From the NCBI GenBank assembly GCA_964619725.1, contig CAZUFC010000019.1, positions 1,161-65,160 of the forward strand: 64,000 nt of DNA, given 5' to 3'. The number at the start of each line of letters is the position of its first letter. Positions within the stretch are counted from its first letter, which is position 1. Origin of the DNA: an uncultured bacterium (GTDB lineage Bacteria; CSSED10-310; CAZUFC01). Under the pieces are notes generated by a model that saw only the letters and a list, made by a program, of their open reading frames with translations, did not search any database and was not told where the DNA came from. Shown one piece after another: positions 1 through 9,948 of this stretch. The position numbers and the translations under genes are program-made.

Positions 1-705
1 ATTTCCTTGCGGCCCCTGCATGCCTTCATCGCCCTGCGGCCCTTCCGGACCGACGAGCCCGGTGTCGCCTTGGGGACCCTGCGGCCCGACAGGCCCGGTA
101 TTTCCTTGCGGCCCCTGCATGCCTTCATCGCCCTGCGGCCCTTCCGGACCGACGGGCCCGGTGTCGCCTTGAGGGCCCTGGGAGCCTGCAGGTCCTGTTT
201 CGCCTTGAGGACCTGTGGGACCGGCTAAACCGGCCGTATCGCCTGTCCATTGCCCGTCAGAGTTTATCACTTCACCGTATCCGGTAATGATTACATTTTG
301 AGGATGAATCTCCATATCATAAACATCATCTGCCTGGGATGCTCGAAAAGCCTGTCCCACAGAGCTTAAGGGAAGTCTCGGTTCCTGGATTTCTCCCTGT
401 ACGCCCACTTCCAGCCAGAAATTACCGTTGAAATCGATCTCTATCGGTAATTGGGAACCCAATATAATATGAAATAAACCGCTCTCAACCGGGACCTGGC
501 TGTGGATTTCAGACCATAACGCCGTGCCTCCCGTTTCCATATCATATATGCTGAAAAAGAACATAAAAGTTCCATCCAGGGGTTCGCCTTCGGAATCGGT
601 TAAATATCCCTGATAATTAATTTGTTCAGGGGTTTCCGCGTTTACGATTCCGAACGGCGCCGCCGCTAGTATAACGGCAAAAAATAAAATAATGCTTCGT
701 CTCAT
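1..705 (-). CDS. Secreted collagen-like protein, truncated by the left window edge; paralog of 1550..3463
   Basis: Not in the ORF track. Manual translation from ATG at 705 (AGGAG upstream) gives [55 protein letters not shown]...LWSEIH...[13 protein letters not shown]...[12 protein letters not shown], then continuous Gly-X-Y ([20 protein letters not shown]...) to base 1. The N-terminal domain aligns with that of 1550..3463. Confidence 0.9.
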   Translation of the reverse strand, partial: MRRSIILFFAVILAAAPFGIVNAETPEQINYQGYLTDSEGEPLDGTFMFFFSIYDMETGGTALWSEIHSQVPVESGLFHIILGSQLPIEIDFNGNFWLEVGVQGEIQEPRLPLSSVGQAFRASQADDVYDMEIHPQNVIITGYGEVINSDGQWTGDTAGLAGPTGPQGETGPAGSQGPQGDTGPVGPEGPQGDEGMQGPQGNTGPVGPQGPQGDTGLVGPEGPQGDEGMQGPQGN

Positions 706-1066
706 GATGTTTCTCCTTTTGATTTTTTAAGTTGGATTTACAGCAGGACCATCGACTCTTCTTAATGAGGAAAAAGAGCCTAATCTTTAGTTACGAAAAA
801 TAAATAAAAAAGCAAGCAGTTTGTTGAAATAAATTAAACTTCCGGAAGCTGCGCAATAAATTGCGTAAATTTTTTAAATAACCTGGCGAGTTGACTGGCT
901 GCGCCTTGCCGGCAGCAAAATTTTAATCGGCAATCGAGTTTGCGGACAAACGCTGCGAGTTTGACTTTTTTTCGTTTGTTATTATTATTATTAAAGGAGA
1001 TGAGAGTAGGTTTTCCCTTTCCCTCCCTTGAAAACAATTAAAAAACGAGAGGAGGTAAGGCACGAA

Positions 1067-1204
1067 ATGGAGATTTCCATCACTCGCCTCATCTGTCGAC
1101 CCGGCATCACCTTTAAACGCATTTACGACAGCTTGATTGAAGAGACCGCCGACATGGTGATTTCAGAATTTGGAATAGAGACGAAAAAATCAGGGCAGTT
1201 CTGA
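1067..1204 (+). CDS. Possible 45-aa small protein, or the 5' part of a frameshifted gene
   Basis: Strong SD AGGAGGT (1050-1056) before ATG 1067; MEISITRLICRPGITFKRIYDSLIEETADMVISEFGIETKKSGQF*. No family recognised. Confidence 0.35.
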   Translation: MEISITRLICRPGITFKRIYDSLIEETADMVISEFGIETKKSGQF

Positions 1205-1549
1205 ATTCGTCAAACGATTTCAGGGACGGCATTCGGCGGACAAACCAGGTGATCGAAATGGCGATAGATAGGGTTCGTGAGAAACGCCGATGCCGAAGGA
1301 TCATTATTTTTTTCAGGTATAATATCAAGAGATTAAAATGATACCCCGGATTTTAAATACGATTTCATCGCCGGAACGCTCATGTTCCAAAAGATTATTG
1401 AGGGGCGCGCCGGAGGTCAGCGCAAGCGCGGTCAGGGTTGTCTTGAGCGATGCCAATGGAAGCAATGCTTGAAGATACTGGGGAAAGAACCCTGGCGGCA
1501 GGATTCGTATGCTTATTCCGGGTAAATGCTTTATGGGGGACAAATCAGC

Positions 1550-3463
1550 ATGAAAAAGGTTCATTACTTTCTCAGTCTTATATTAACAGCAGCATTTTCA
1601 GCCGGCGCAATCGCCGGGATCACACCAATCATCAATTATCAGGGATATCTGACAGACGCATATGATGTTCCTTTGGACGGAACCTATGCTTTTACATTTA
1701 GAATTTACGATTCCGAGAGCCAGGGCAATCTTGTCTGGGAAGAGATTCATAATTCCGGCCAAGTCAGCAATGGGCTATTCGATTTTTTATTAGGCGAAGA
1801 AATACCGCTTGATTTTATATTCGACGGCGCTTTCTGGCTGGAAATAACCGTGAATGAAGAGACACTTTCGCCCAGGCTGGCTTTAACGAGCGTGGGACAG
1901 TCGCTGAATTCTCTGGATGTTTATAATAATGAAATACATCCGTCCAGCGTGCAAATAAAGGATTACGGCGAAGTTATAAGTTCGACCGGCCAGTGGATGG
2001 GCGATCCCACAGGTTTAATCGGTCCGACGGGTCCTGAAGGACCGACTGGAGCTCATGGAGACACTGGTCCGGCAGGGCCTCCCGGCGAACCCGGCGACAC
2101 TGGTCCCGCCGGTCCTGAAGGCGACGCAGGCGATACGGGTCCGGAAGGACCGCCTGGTCCGAAGGGCGACACTGGAGCATCAGGACCGGTAGGTCCTGAC
2201 GGTCCTAAGGGCGATACAGGAATCACGGGTCCGATGGGTCCGACCGGTCCGACAGGCGAAGCAGGTCCGATGGGTCCGACGGGTCCGACGGGCGAAGCGG
2301 GTCCGATAGGCCCGACAGGTCCGACGGGCGAAGCTGGTCCGATAGGCCCGACGGGTGCGACGGGCGAAGCGGGTCCGATAGGCCCGACGGGTCCGACAGG
2401 CGAAGCAGGTTCGATGGGCCCGACCGGCCCGACCGGCGAAGCGGGTCCGACCGGCCCGACAGGTGATGTAGGTCCTGTAGGCCCGACGGGTCCGACGGGC
2501 GAAGCAGGTCCGATGGGTCCGACCGGTCCGACGGGCGAAGCGGGTCCGATAGGTCCGACGGGTCCGATTGGCGATGATGGTCCTGTAGGTCCGACGGGTC
2601 CGACAGGCGAAGCAGGTCCGATAGGTCCGACGGGTGCGACGGGCGAAGCGGGTCCGACAGGTCCGACGGGTCCGATTGGCGATGATGGTCCTGTAGGTCC
2701 GACGGGTCCGACAGGCGAAGCAGGTCCGATGGGTCCGACGGGTCCGACGGGCGAAGCGGGTCCGATAGGTCCGACCGGTCCGATTGGCGATGATGGTCCT
2801 GTAGGTCCGACGGGTCCGACAGGCGAAGCAGGTCCGATGGGTCCGACGGGTGCGACGGGCGAAGCGGGTCCGATGGGTCCTAGCGGTCCTGCCGGCGATG
2901 CAGGTCCTATTGGTCCGACAGGTCCCAAAGGTGATACAGGTCCGCAAGGAGTTCCCGGGCCTGTTGCCGGAACCGATAAACAACTCGTCTACAACGACGG
3001 CGGGAATGCGGCCGGAGCTGAAATTTACTTCGATGGCAATAACGACAGGATGGGCGTAGGTACTGACTCTCCGGCCTCCAAGCTGGAAGTGACCGGCATG
3101 ATTCACAGTACATCCGACGGTTATAAATTCCCGGACGGCAGCGTGCAAACCTCTGCAGCCGTAGCCTCTTCAGGGGCCGGAGGAGTTTTGTATCTCAGAC
3201 AACACACCTCTTACGGCGCTCCGCCCGGCTGTCCCTCAGGATGGACGCAGGCCGGCATGACATATGTCGGCGAAGACACCATTATCAATTACGAACGAAC
3301 CTGCTACAAGATAGAAGGATATTGTCTGGTTTTATATCTCAGACAACACACCTCCTACGGGGTTCCGCCCGGCTGTCCTTCGGGATGGACACAGGCAGGA
3401 CTTACGTACGTCGGTAATGCCGGCATAATCAATTATGAGAGGACTTGCTACAAATGTAATTAA
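1550..3463 (+). CDS. Secreted collagen-like fibre protein: signal peptide, INYQG-type N-domain, about 105 uninterrupted Gly-X-Y triplets, tail-fibre-like neck, duplicated Cys-containing C-terminal module
   Basis: Start refined to ATG 1550 ([22 protein letters not shown] signal peptide, GGGGGA upstream). GPT/GEA/GPI triplets span about 2012-2965. [15 protein letters not shown]...[10 protein letters not shown] neck motif. Two ~47-aa repeats [18 protein letters not shown]...NYERTCYK. Confidence 0.92.
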   Translation: MKKVHYFLSLILTAAFSAGAIAGITPIINYQGYLTDAYDVPLDGTYAFTFRIYDSESQGNLVWEEIHNSGQVSNGLFDFLLGEEIPLDFIFDGAFWLEITVNEETLSPRLALTSVGQSLNSLDVYNNEIHPSSVQIKDYGEVISSTGQWMGDPTGLIGPTGPEGPTGAHGDTGPAGPPGEPGDTGPAGPEGDAGDTGPEGPPGPKGDTGASGPVGPDGPKGDTGITGPMGPTGPTGEAGPMGPTGPTGEAGPIGPTGPTGEAGPIGPTGATGEAGPIGPTGPTGEAGSMGPTGPTGEAGPTGPTGDVGPVGPTGPTGEAGPMGPTGPTGEAGPIGPTGPIGDDGPVGPTGPTGEAGPIGPTGATGEAGPTGPTGPIGDDGPVGPTGPTGEAGPMGPTGPTGEAGPIGPTGPIGDDGPVGPTGPTGEAGPMGPTGATGEAGPMGPSGPAGDAGPIGPTGPKGDTGPQGVPGPVAGTDKQLVYNDGGNAAGAEIYFDGNNDRMGVGTDSPASKLEVTGMIHSTSDGYKFPDGSVQTSAAVASSGAGGVLYLRQHTSYGAPPGCPSGWTQAGMTYVGEDTIINYERTCYKIEGYCLVLYLRQHTSYGVPPGCPSGWTQAGLTYVGNAGIINYERTCYKCN

Positions 3464-3538
3464 TGTCTGTCCATAAAAGGTCGGGATATATCATAAATTC
3501 AGTACGCATTTGCGGTTCAGTAAGAATAAAAACAAACC

Positions 3539-3597
3539 CCGATACGCTGATGTCCATGCTTCGACGCGAGCGATTCGCATGGACATAAGCGTATCGG
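3539..3597. repeat. Long inverted repeat (stem-loop) in the convergent intergenic region
   Basis: CCGATACGCTGATGTCCATGC ... GCATGGACATAAGCGTATCGG, about 21-bp arms with one mismatch. Confidence 0.7.
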
Positions 3598-3725
3598 CGC
3601 CCTTTCAGGAATGGAGATTTCACTCAGTCAATTTTTTAGCCGGTAAAAACTGTTGCCCCGGTTTGATCAGTACCCATTAATATCTTAATCCAACTTCCGA
3701 ATATGCGGAAGTTGGGTAAATAAAA

Positions 3726-3763
3726 GAAAAGGCCTGCGACAGCATCATGTCGCAGGCCTTTTC
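3726..3763. terminator. Probable bidirectional intrinsic terminator between convergent genes
   Basis: GAAAAGGCCTGCGACA-GCATCA-TGTCGCAGGCCTTTTC, a perfect stem with A/T tracts at both ends, 14 bp past the stop of 3777..9473. Confidence 0.8.
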
Positions 3764-3776
3764 CTGTAAGATGATT

Positions 3777-6700
3777 TTATTTTCTCCGTAAGCGGATCAA
3801 ACCGCTGAGGGCTGCCGTCAGGAGAATCAGCGAAAGCCATGACATGGCCGGCACTTCCTCCGGAGCCATGGGCAGCCAGGCTCTATGGACTTCGCCTCCG
3901 TCGACCCAGTTGTAACTTGCAGCGTAGATGCAGTAGTCGAAGTAGACGGGTCCTATCATGAACATGTTGTTTTTGTTTCCCCATCCGTCTAAGGATGCTC
4001 TGTGGAGTGCGCTCGAATCGTCGGTCACGTTTGCCCATATGGAAGCGCCGTCGATTTCATTGTAGTCCGCCATGACGCAGAAGGTCCCCTGGTGCAGGAG
4101 AGTGCAGCTCAGCGCCATGTTGTTGGGATTTCCTAGTCCGTTTTCGTCTGTGCCTTCATCGTCGGGGTCGACTTCGTCAGCTATGACCGGTTCCCAGTTC
4201 ATGCCGTCTTCTGATCGCCAGAGTTCACCTCCTGCGACATAGTTCCATGTGCCGCCGTACAGGTAACCGTTAAAAGGTCCGTAGAGATAAAGTTCTACGT
4301 TGTCGGCATCGCCGAAACCCCCGCTCATGATTTGAGTCCAGGTCCCAGCGTCGCCGGTGTCGCTGGTCCAGAGCTGACATCCGCCGTCTGTTCCGACCAG
4401 GGCAGCATAGCAGGCATCCTGGAATGTGCGTATGGTAACGGCCATTCCATTGAGCTGACCGAATCCGTCGCTTACTGCCTGTTCCCAGGTTTCGCCGTCG
4501 GCGGAGCGCCAGATTTGGGCATTGCCGCTTGCGTTCAATGTGCCGGCCCAGAGCATGCCGGTTTCTGCATAGAGGTCGAATATTCTTATGTTGGCATCGT
4601 CTCCGAATCCGTCGTCGTAGAATGCTCCCGGTTCTTCGTCGGCTGCGACGGCTTCCCAGGACATTCCATCGGCGCTGCGCCACAATTCGCCGCCCAGGGA
4701 GTTTTTACCGGTGCCGGCGTATAGATAGCCCTGATATTCGGCGAAGCATTGTATGCGTCGATTATCCATATCGCCGAAACCGTCGGTGATTATCTGCTCC
4801 CAGGTCGTACCGTCGGGGCTGCGCCATATCTGTGCGCCGTTGTAGGGGTTGTCCGTGCCGATATAGAGGTAATCGCCAAAGGTGATGACGGTGCGGAAAC
4901 GATTGCCGGTATCTCCGAATCCCTGGTCAGCGACCTTTTCCCACATGAAGGGCGGATGGTCCTGATCGTCCTGGGGGTCGGTTCCGTAGCGGTATTCGTC
5001 GTAGTTGGAAAAACCGTCGCCGTCGGCATCATCATCGGCATCATCCGCCAGGGGATTCAGGCCGTTTTCGACTTCATATCCGTCCGGCATGCCGTCGTCG
5101 TCGGAATCATCGTCTGCAGGGTCTGTTCCTTCGCTTTCTTCCGTATAGCCGTCTCCGTTCAGGTCCGTGCCGTTGTCTTCCAGGCCGTCGCCGTCGGTGT
5201 CTTCATTGCATGGATTAAGGTAACCATTTTCGAATTCCTCCAGGTTCGTGAATCCGTCGTCGTCGAAATCATCGCCGGAATCGTCCGTGCCGACCGTCAT
5301 GCAGGGGTAGAAACTTTCCCACAGATCGTCCATGTTGTCCCCATCCGTATCGACCATGTGCCACTCGTCCGCGCCGATGTCCACTATTCCCGTATCGGGA
5401 TTGGGGCGCGCTTCTCCTTCAAAATCAGTATCCCCGGCCGGAACATCCGTGCTTGTTCCTGCGTCGCGGCAGGGCGAATTCGGCGGTATGCGGAAATCAC
5501 GGTTATCAGGATTCATCAGCATGGGGTCCTGCGATACGTCGTCGGGACCTGCCGAGCATCCTGAGTATTGACCGGCGATATTTCCGAACACGCAATTGTT
5601 GTTCAGCGTATATGCCGAAGGAGAAGATGCTTCGATTCCTCTATAATTGCCGGTAACGATCGTGTTGCTGAGGGTTACGTCCGAGTTTTGCCAGGCGCCG
5701 ATGCCGCGGCCCTGGCCCCAATCCGCTCCGCAGCCGTAGATCACGTTGTTGATGATCAAGGGGGCGTTGACGTCATCATTCGAATAAATATTTATTCCCA
5801 CTTGGGCCATTCTGGCGATGCGATTGTTGCGGATCGTCGGCGAGCTGCCCATATTAAGGTTTATGCCGCATTGGGTGACGTTGGGAGTCTGATCGTAAAT
5901 AAGATTATCGTTGATTTCGAATCCCCGCAGGACGCGTAAACAGGATATGGCAGTCCAATTGCCGCTGTTACCGGCGTCACGGATAATAAAACCTTCGATG
6001 CATCCCGCCGCCATTTTCTCCAGGTTAGTGCTCATGGGATCGACGTTAACGCATGTGTTTTCCAGCACGGGAGTTTCTCCTGGAGCCGCCCGCAGGAAAA
6101 GAGCTCGCTGCATATGAAGCCATTCCTCGTTATAGCTGCCTTCATGCACCAGGATCGTGTCGCCGTCCTGCGAATTCCAGAAGATTTCATTGATGCTGTC
6201 GTAAGGATGCAGCTCCGATCCGTCCTCGTCAGGATCGCTGACGTTGGGATCGCCCGGACCGGGATCATTGGGACCATCATCATCCACATGATAAGCGGTT
6301 ACCGTCGGCACGGAACCGTCATCGCACGGATCGGTGAAGCGTGCGCATTCCAGCCAGTTAGCGGCATCATCTCCGTCCGGGTCTGCGAAGGCATCCGCGG
6401 TAACGGGATCGACGCATGACATGTACCCGGCTTCCCAATAGTCTGACATGCCGTCATTGTCCGTATCCCGCAATACAGGCGATGTGCCGGCGCCGGTTTC
6501 AGTCAGTCCGTCGCCGTTGATGTCCACCCCGTCGTCTTCCAACCCGTCCCCGTCCGTGTCCTCATTCACAGGATCAGTAATATAGCCGTCCGTTCCCTCG
6601 GTCAGCTCCTCACCGTCTTCCAGACCGTCAGAGTCGGTGTCTTCCGTAGTGGGGTCGGTTCCATAGTAATATTCATCCAGGGCCGTGAGATCGTCATTGT

Positions 6701-9473
6701 CCAGGTCGCTTTCCGGCGTCATTTCGCCGTATTCCGTTTCGAACCAGTCCGGCAGTCCGTCTCCGTCGCCGTCAACCCACTCGTCCGCCCCCATGTCGGA
6801 TTGCGATCCCTCCGGGCGCGTCTCCTCATCTATATCTATATCAGGCGCATAAAGGTCTTCAGCCTGATCTATGCATGGCGATGAAGCCATCATCCGACCT
6901 GATATCGTCAGCGACGGGTCAGCCGTCATGTCGTTCGGTCCGGGAGTAACGTCGCCCTGATATGTCGAATTATTGTTCCAGAAACAGTTGTAATCGACTG
7001 TAGGCGGTATCGATTCTCCCTCCATCGCGGTTATGCCTACGCTGTTCCTGTATATGATGTTGTTGCGTATCTCCGCACCCGCATATTCGCCCCAGATATA
7101 CACGCCCTCATAATTGTTGTCGAAGATCGTGTTGTTGATTACCTTGGGAAAACCGGGACGAGCCTCGTTCCACGACCATACTCCCACTCCGTTCTCGGTG
7201 CTTCCCGATATCAGGTTATTGGTGATGACCGGTTGCGACTCGTTTACCGTTAATCCCCGGAAATTGTTTCTGAATACATTGCCGGTGATCGTGCATTCGA
7301 AGTTTGAATATACGCCGACGGAGCTTGAAAAAGGACAGTCGTGGATCATATTGCCCTTGACCGTAACCTCAGTATCGCCGTGAAGCTGCACCGCATCCCC
7401 GCTGGAAGTGCAATGATGGATATGATTATTTTCCGCCAATCCGCTGCTGTTGGAAAAACTGCAGGCAGACCAGCCGCTCCAGTTGCGTATCTCGCATCCC
7501 CTTACCGTTACGTCCTCGCTGCCTTCTATGCGTATCGGTTCCTGGCCGCCTGTCAGCGTCGAATTCTCGATCGTCGCACCGTCGCAGTCGTATAAATTTA
7601 CGCCTCTTTGCTGATACTGCTCCATACGGCAGTCGCTTATCGTCATGTTCGCCTGGTGAAGATCGAAACTGTAATCGCCGCCGGACAGAGTGAACCCGGA
7701 AAATACTCCGAATGGGATATCCGAACCGTGAGCGACGAAATAATCCGTCGCCGTTATCGTCGTTTGTTCGGGACCGGCGCCGGTCAAATATCCGGCTGCA
7801 TTCTGCACGGTGAGACTCTCATTGTAAGAGCCGGCGAATACTTCAACTCCGTCTCCCGGCGTGGTCAGCATCATCAGCGCTTCCTGTATCGAATCGTATG
7901 GATGCGCCATGCTGCCGTCTTCATCAGGATCGCTTATGTCAGGGTCACCCGGTCCGGGATCATTCGGCGCATCATCATCGACATAAAGCGTGGTCAGAGT
8001 GGGAGCGACGCCCCCATCGCAGGGGTCTGTGCCGTTTAGATATTCTACCCAGTTCACCGCTGTGTCGCCGTCAGGATCGGACTCCTCATCCCCGGTCAGA
8101 GGATCAACGCAGACGCTGTTGATCACTTCCCATAAATCGGGTATGCCGTCGCCGTCCGTGTCGCCGCGGGTCGGATTCGTCCCGGCTCCCCCTTCCGTCA
8201 TACCGTCAGTATTCAAGTCAACCGTTCCGTCCTCCAGGCCGTCGCCGTCAGTATCGGGATCGTGGGGATCGGTGATGTAACCGTCCGCTCCCTCCGTCAG
8301 CTCCTCTCCGTCGTCCAGGCCGTCGCCGTCAGAGTCCGCGGCCGTCGGGTCCGTTCCATAATAATATTCATCCGCGTTCGTCAAATCGTCGGAATCACCA
8401 TCCGCTTCCGGCTCCAGGTCGCCGTAAAGTCCTTCCCACCAGTCCGGAAGTCCGTCGCCGTCCGTATCCAGCCATTCGTCCGCACCGCGGTCGATACCTC
8501 CTGCCTGCGGCCGCGTTTCCCCGTCGTAATCCTCGGAAGGAGCTCCGGAACTCATGCCCGTATCCAGACAGGGCGAACCGGGAAGAAGGTGCAGATGAGC
8601 CGCCAACTGAGGGTCTTCCACTGCGTCAGAAGCGCCGCCGGAGCAGTTGCTGTAGTAATTGTCGTTGTCGATATCCCAGAAGGTGTTGTAATCGGCAGTG
8701 ACGCTTCCTCCGTCCTGGCTGCTTATGCCGTTCATTACTCCCGTTATTATATTGTTATACGCATATAAATCAGATGTCGGATGAAGCGATAAGAGTCCGC
8801 CTGCCCAACTGCCGGGATAAGCATCCTTTATGGTATTATTATATGCCGTGACCGTGCAGTTCGTTTCGGACTTGATGTGCCAGCCGCAACGCTCCGTTAA
8901 ATTGTTCTGAACCGCAGCAGTCGAACTGTTTTCATCCATAGTCGTGATGCCGATGCCCGTGTCGTTGCAATCGTGAATGTAATTGTCCTCGATTACCGTA
9001 TTCGTCGAATTGAAGCTCGCTATGCCCCAATCCGCCTCTTTCATCTCGTTGCCCGCGATAAGATAACCGTCAGACCACCAATGATTTACAGCAAAACCGT
9101 CCACGCCCGATACCGTGAATCCCTCCAGTTTGCCGCCCGTCACATTGTTTATCTGAAGGCTGTAATCCGTTATTACCGTCTCCCCGATGCCCGATCCTAT
9201 CAGATCAATGTCCTTATTATGAACCTGAACCTCCTGCGAATAGGTCCCGGCGCCTACCATTACCGTGTCGCCGCTCTCCGCTGCATCCACGGCATCCTGG
9301 ATAACCGTCGCCGCCGTCGACCAACTCGTATAGGGCGGCGTATCGCTGCCGGACGGCGAGGCATAATGCACGTCTCCCAGCGCCGGCGCACCGTAATTCC
9401 ATTGCATAACAATGATCAGCGCTGCTGTAATAATTATCCTGGTTAATGATGAAACGTTTCGGTTTTTTCTCAT
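3777..9473 (-). CDS. 1898-aa secreted surface protein: three units of right-handed beta-helix (PbH1) plus Asp-rich Ca-binding (DxDxDG, TSP3-like) repeats, C-terminal beta-propeller, IPTL-CTERM-like anchor
   Basis: Signal peptide; IQDAVDAAESGDTVMV; SPC(L/I/R)D.G...D(R/M/I)GADEW three times; many DTDGDGLPD repeats; WE.V..GFGD..N...YLY.GT.N...G..(I/L)WRS.DG..W repeats; tail VPAMSWLSLILLTAALSGLIRLRRK; AAGGAG RBS. Confidence 0.9.
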   Translation of the reverse strand: MRKNRNVSSLTRIIITAALIIVMQWNYGAPALGDVHYASPSGSDTPPYTSWSTAATVIQDAVDAAESGDTVMVGAGTYSQEVQVHNKDIDLIGSGIGETVITDYSLQINNVTGGKLEGFTVSGVDGFAVNHWWSDGYLIAGNEMKEADWGIASFNSTNTVIEDNYIHDCNDTGIGITTMDENSSTAAVQNNLTERCGWHIKSETNCTVTAYNNTIKDAYPGSWAGGLLSLHPTSDLYAYNNIITGVMNGISSQDGGSVTADYNTFWDIDNDNYYSNCSGGASDAVEDPQLAAHLHLLPGSPCLDTGMSSGAPSEDYDGETRPQAGGIDRGADEWLDTDGDGLPDWWEGLYGDLEPEADGDSDDLTNADEYYYGTDPTAADSDGDGLDDGEELTEGADGYITDPHDPDTDGDGLEDGTVDLNTDGMTEGGAGTNPTRGDTDGDGIPDLWEVINSVCVDPLTGDEESDPDGDTAVNWVEYLNGTDPCDGGVAPTLTTLYVDDDAPNDPGPGDPDISDPDEDGSMAHPYDSIQEALMMLTTPGDGVEVFAGSYNESLTVQNAAGYLTGAGPEQTTITATDYFVAHGSDIPFGVFSGFTLSGGDYSFDLHQANMTISDCRMEQYQQRGVNLYDCDGATIENSTLTGGQEPIRIEGSEDVTVRGCEIRNWSGWSACSFSNSSGLAENNHIHHCTSSGDAVQLHGDTEVTVKGNMIHDCPFSSSVGVYSNFECTITGNVFRNNFRGLTVNESQPVITNNLISGSTENGVGVWSWNEARPGFPKVINNTIFDNNYEGVYIWGEYAGAEIRNNIIYRNSVGITAMEGESIPPTVDYNCFWNNNSTYQGDVTPGPNDMTADPSLTISGRMMASSPCIDQAEDLYAPDIDIDEETRPEGSQSDMGADEWVDGDGDGLPDWFETEYGEMTPESDLDNDDLTALDEYYYGTDPTTEDTDSDGLEDGEELTEGTDGYITDPVNEDTDGDGLEDDGVDINGDGLTETGAGTSPVLRDTDNDGMSDYWEAGYMSCVDPVTADAFADPDGDDAANWLECARFTDPCDDGSVPTVTAYHVDDDGPNDPGPGDPNVSDPDEDGSELHPYDSINEIFWNSQDGDTILVHEGSYNEEWLHMQRALFLRAAPGETPVLENTCVNVDPMSTNLEKMAAGCIEGFIIRDAGNSGNWTAISCLRVLRGFEINDNLIYDQTPNVTQCGINLNMGSSPTIRNNRIARMAQVGINIYSNDDVNAPLIINNVIYGCGADWGQGRGIGAWQNSDVTLSNTIVTGNYRGIEASSPSAYTLNNNCVFGNIAGQYSGCSAGPDDVSQDPMLMNPDNRDFRIPPNSPCRDAGTSTDVPAGDTDFEGEARPNPDTGIVDIGADEWHMVDTDGDNMDDLWESFYPCMTVGTDDSGDDFDDDGFTNLEEFENGYLNPCNEDTDGDGLEDNGTDLNGDGYTEESEGTDPADDDSDDDGMPDGYEVENGLNPLADDADDDADGDGFSNYDEYRYGTDPQDDQDHPPFMWEKVADQGFGDTGNRFRTVITFGDYLYIGTDNPYNGAQIWRSPDGTTWEQIITDGFGDMDNRRIQCFAEYQGYLYAGTGKNSLGGELWRSADGMSWEAVAADEEPGAFYDDGFGDDANIRIFDLYAETGMLWAGTLNASGNAQIWRSADGETWEQAVSDGFGQLNGMAVTIRTFQDACYAALVGTDGGCQLWTSDTGDAGTWTQIMSGGFGDADNVELYLYGPFNGYLYGGTWNYVAGGELWRSEDGMNWEPVIADEVDPDDEGTDENGLGNPNNMALSCTLLHQGTFCVMADYNEIDGASIWANVTDDSSALHRASLDGWGNKNNMFMIGPVYFDYCIYAASYNWVDGGEVHRAWLPMAPEEVPAMSWLSLILLTAALSGLIRLRRK

Positions 9474-9868
9474 AAATAACTCCTTTCTCTCCAGGGTGAA
9501 CTGATGCGGTTCCAGACTTTTCCCTCCTCAAATGCCGGAAAAACCGCTCAGGGGATGAGCCAAACGCATAAATCAGCCTTATCCTCGTCGATGAGCGCGG
9601 TTCTGTCGCTCATCAACATTATTTAGGGTAATGAAAAATTTAGAAGTGTCAAAGGAAGGTGACATTTTAACGATGAGAAAAAACGCATATTTTGAAGTTG
9701 CGGTTTGCGCAGATCAGGCGATCAATGGGTTTTGAAAATCCGGGAATTATCAAACAGGGGTTGCGCTTCTTTCAAAAATTTTGGCTGTTTGATCCAGGGA
9801 TTGGGGTTGGCATCGGTATCGAGGGATCGCAATTGGGATAAAAATTGAAGCAAAACCGGTAATTTATA

Positions 9869-9897
9869 TTGACAGAAGCTGGATGATCCGGTAAAAA
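9869..9897 (+). promoter_or_regulatory. Putative sigma70 promoter for the AAA+ ATPase gene
   Basis: TTGACA-N17-TAAAAA. Confidence 0.45.
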
Positions 9898-9948
9898 TAA
9901 TTGCCGGATTGTTTTTTATCTGGTAATAAATTTTTTCAGGAGACTCGG

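Noticed and set aside
2053-3148. Antisense ORFs 2053..2928 and 2180..3148, and ORF 7..228
   Set aside because: Shadows of the collagen repeats, which lack stops in other frames. The real genes have signal peptides and RBSs on the opposite strand.
3184-3455. Diversity-generating retroelement TR/VR pair in the collagen tip repeats
   Set aside because: Differences are mostly synonymous and not adenine-specific, both copies are in frame in one gene, and there is no reverse transcriptase in the window.
1550-3463. Prophage tail-fibre gene
   Set aside because: It has a Sec signal peptide, and there are no phage structural, integrase or replication genes nearby.
9480-9620. Riboswitch in the leader of the 1898-aa gene
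   Set aside because: Only two short hairpins (9546-9560, 9590-9614); I could not match any known aptamer consensus such as c-di-GMP.
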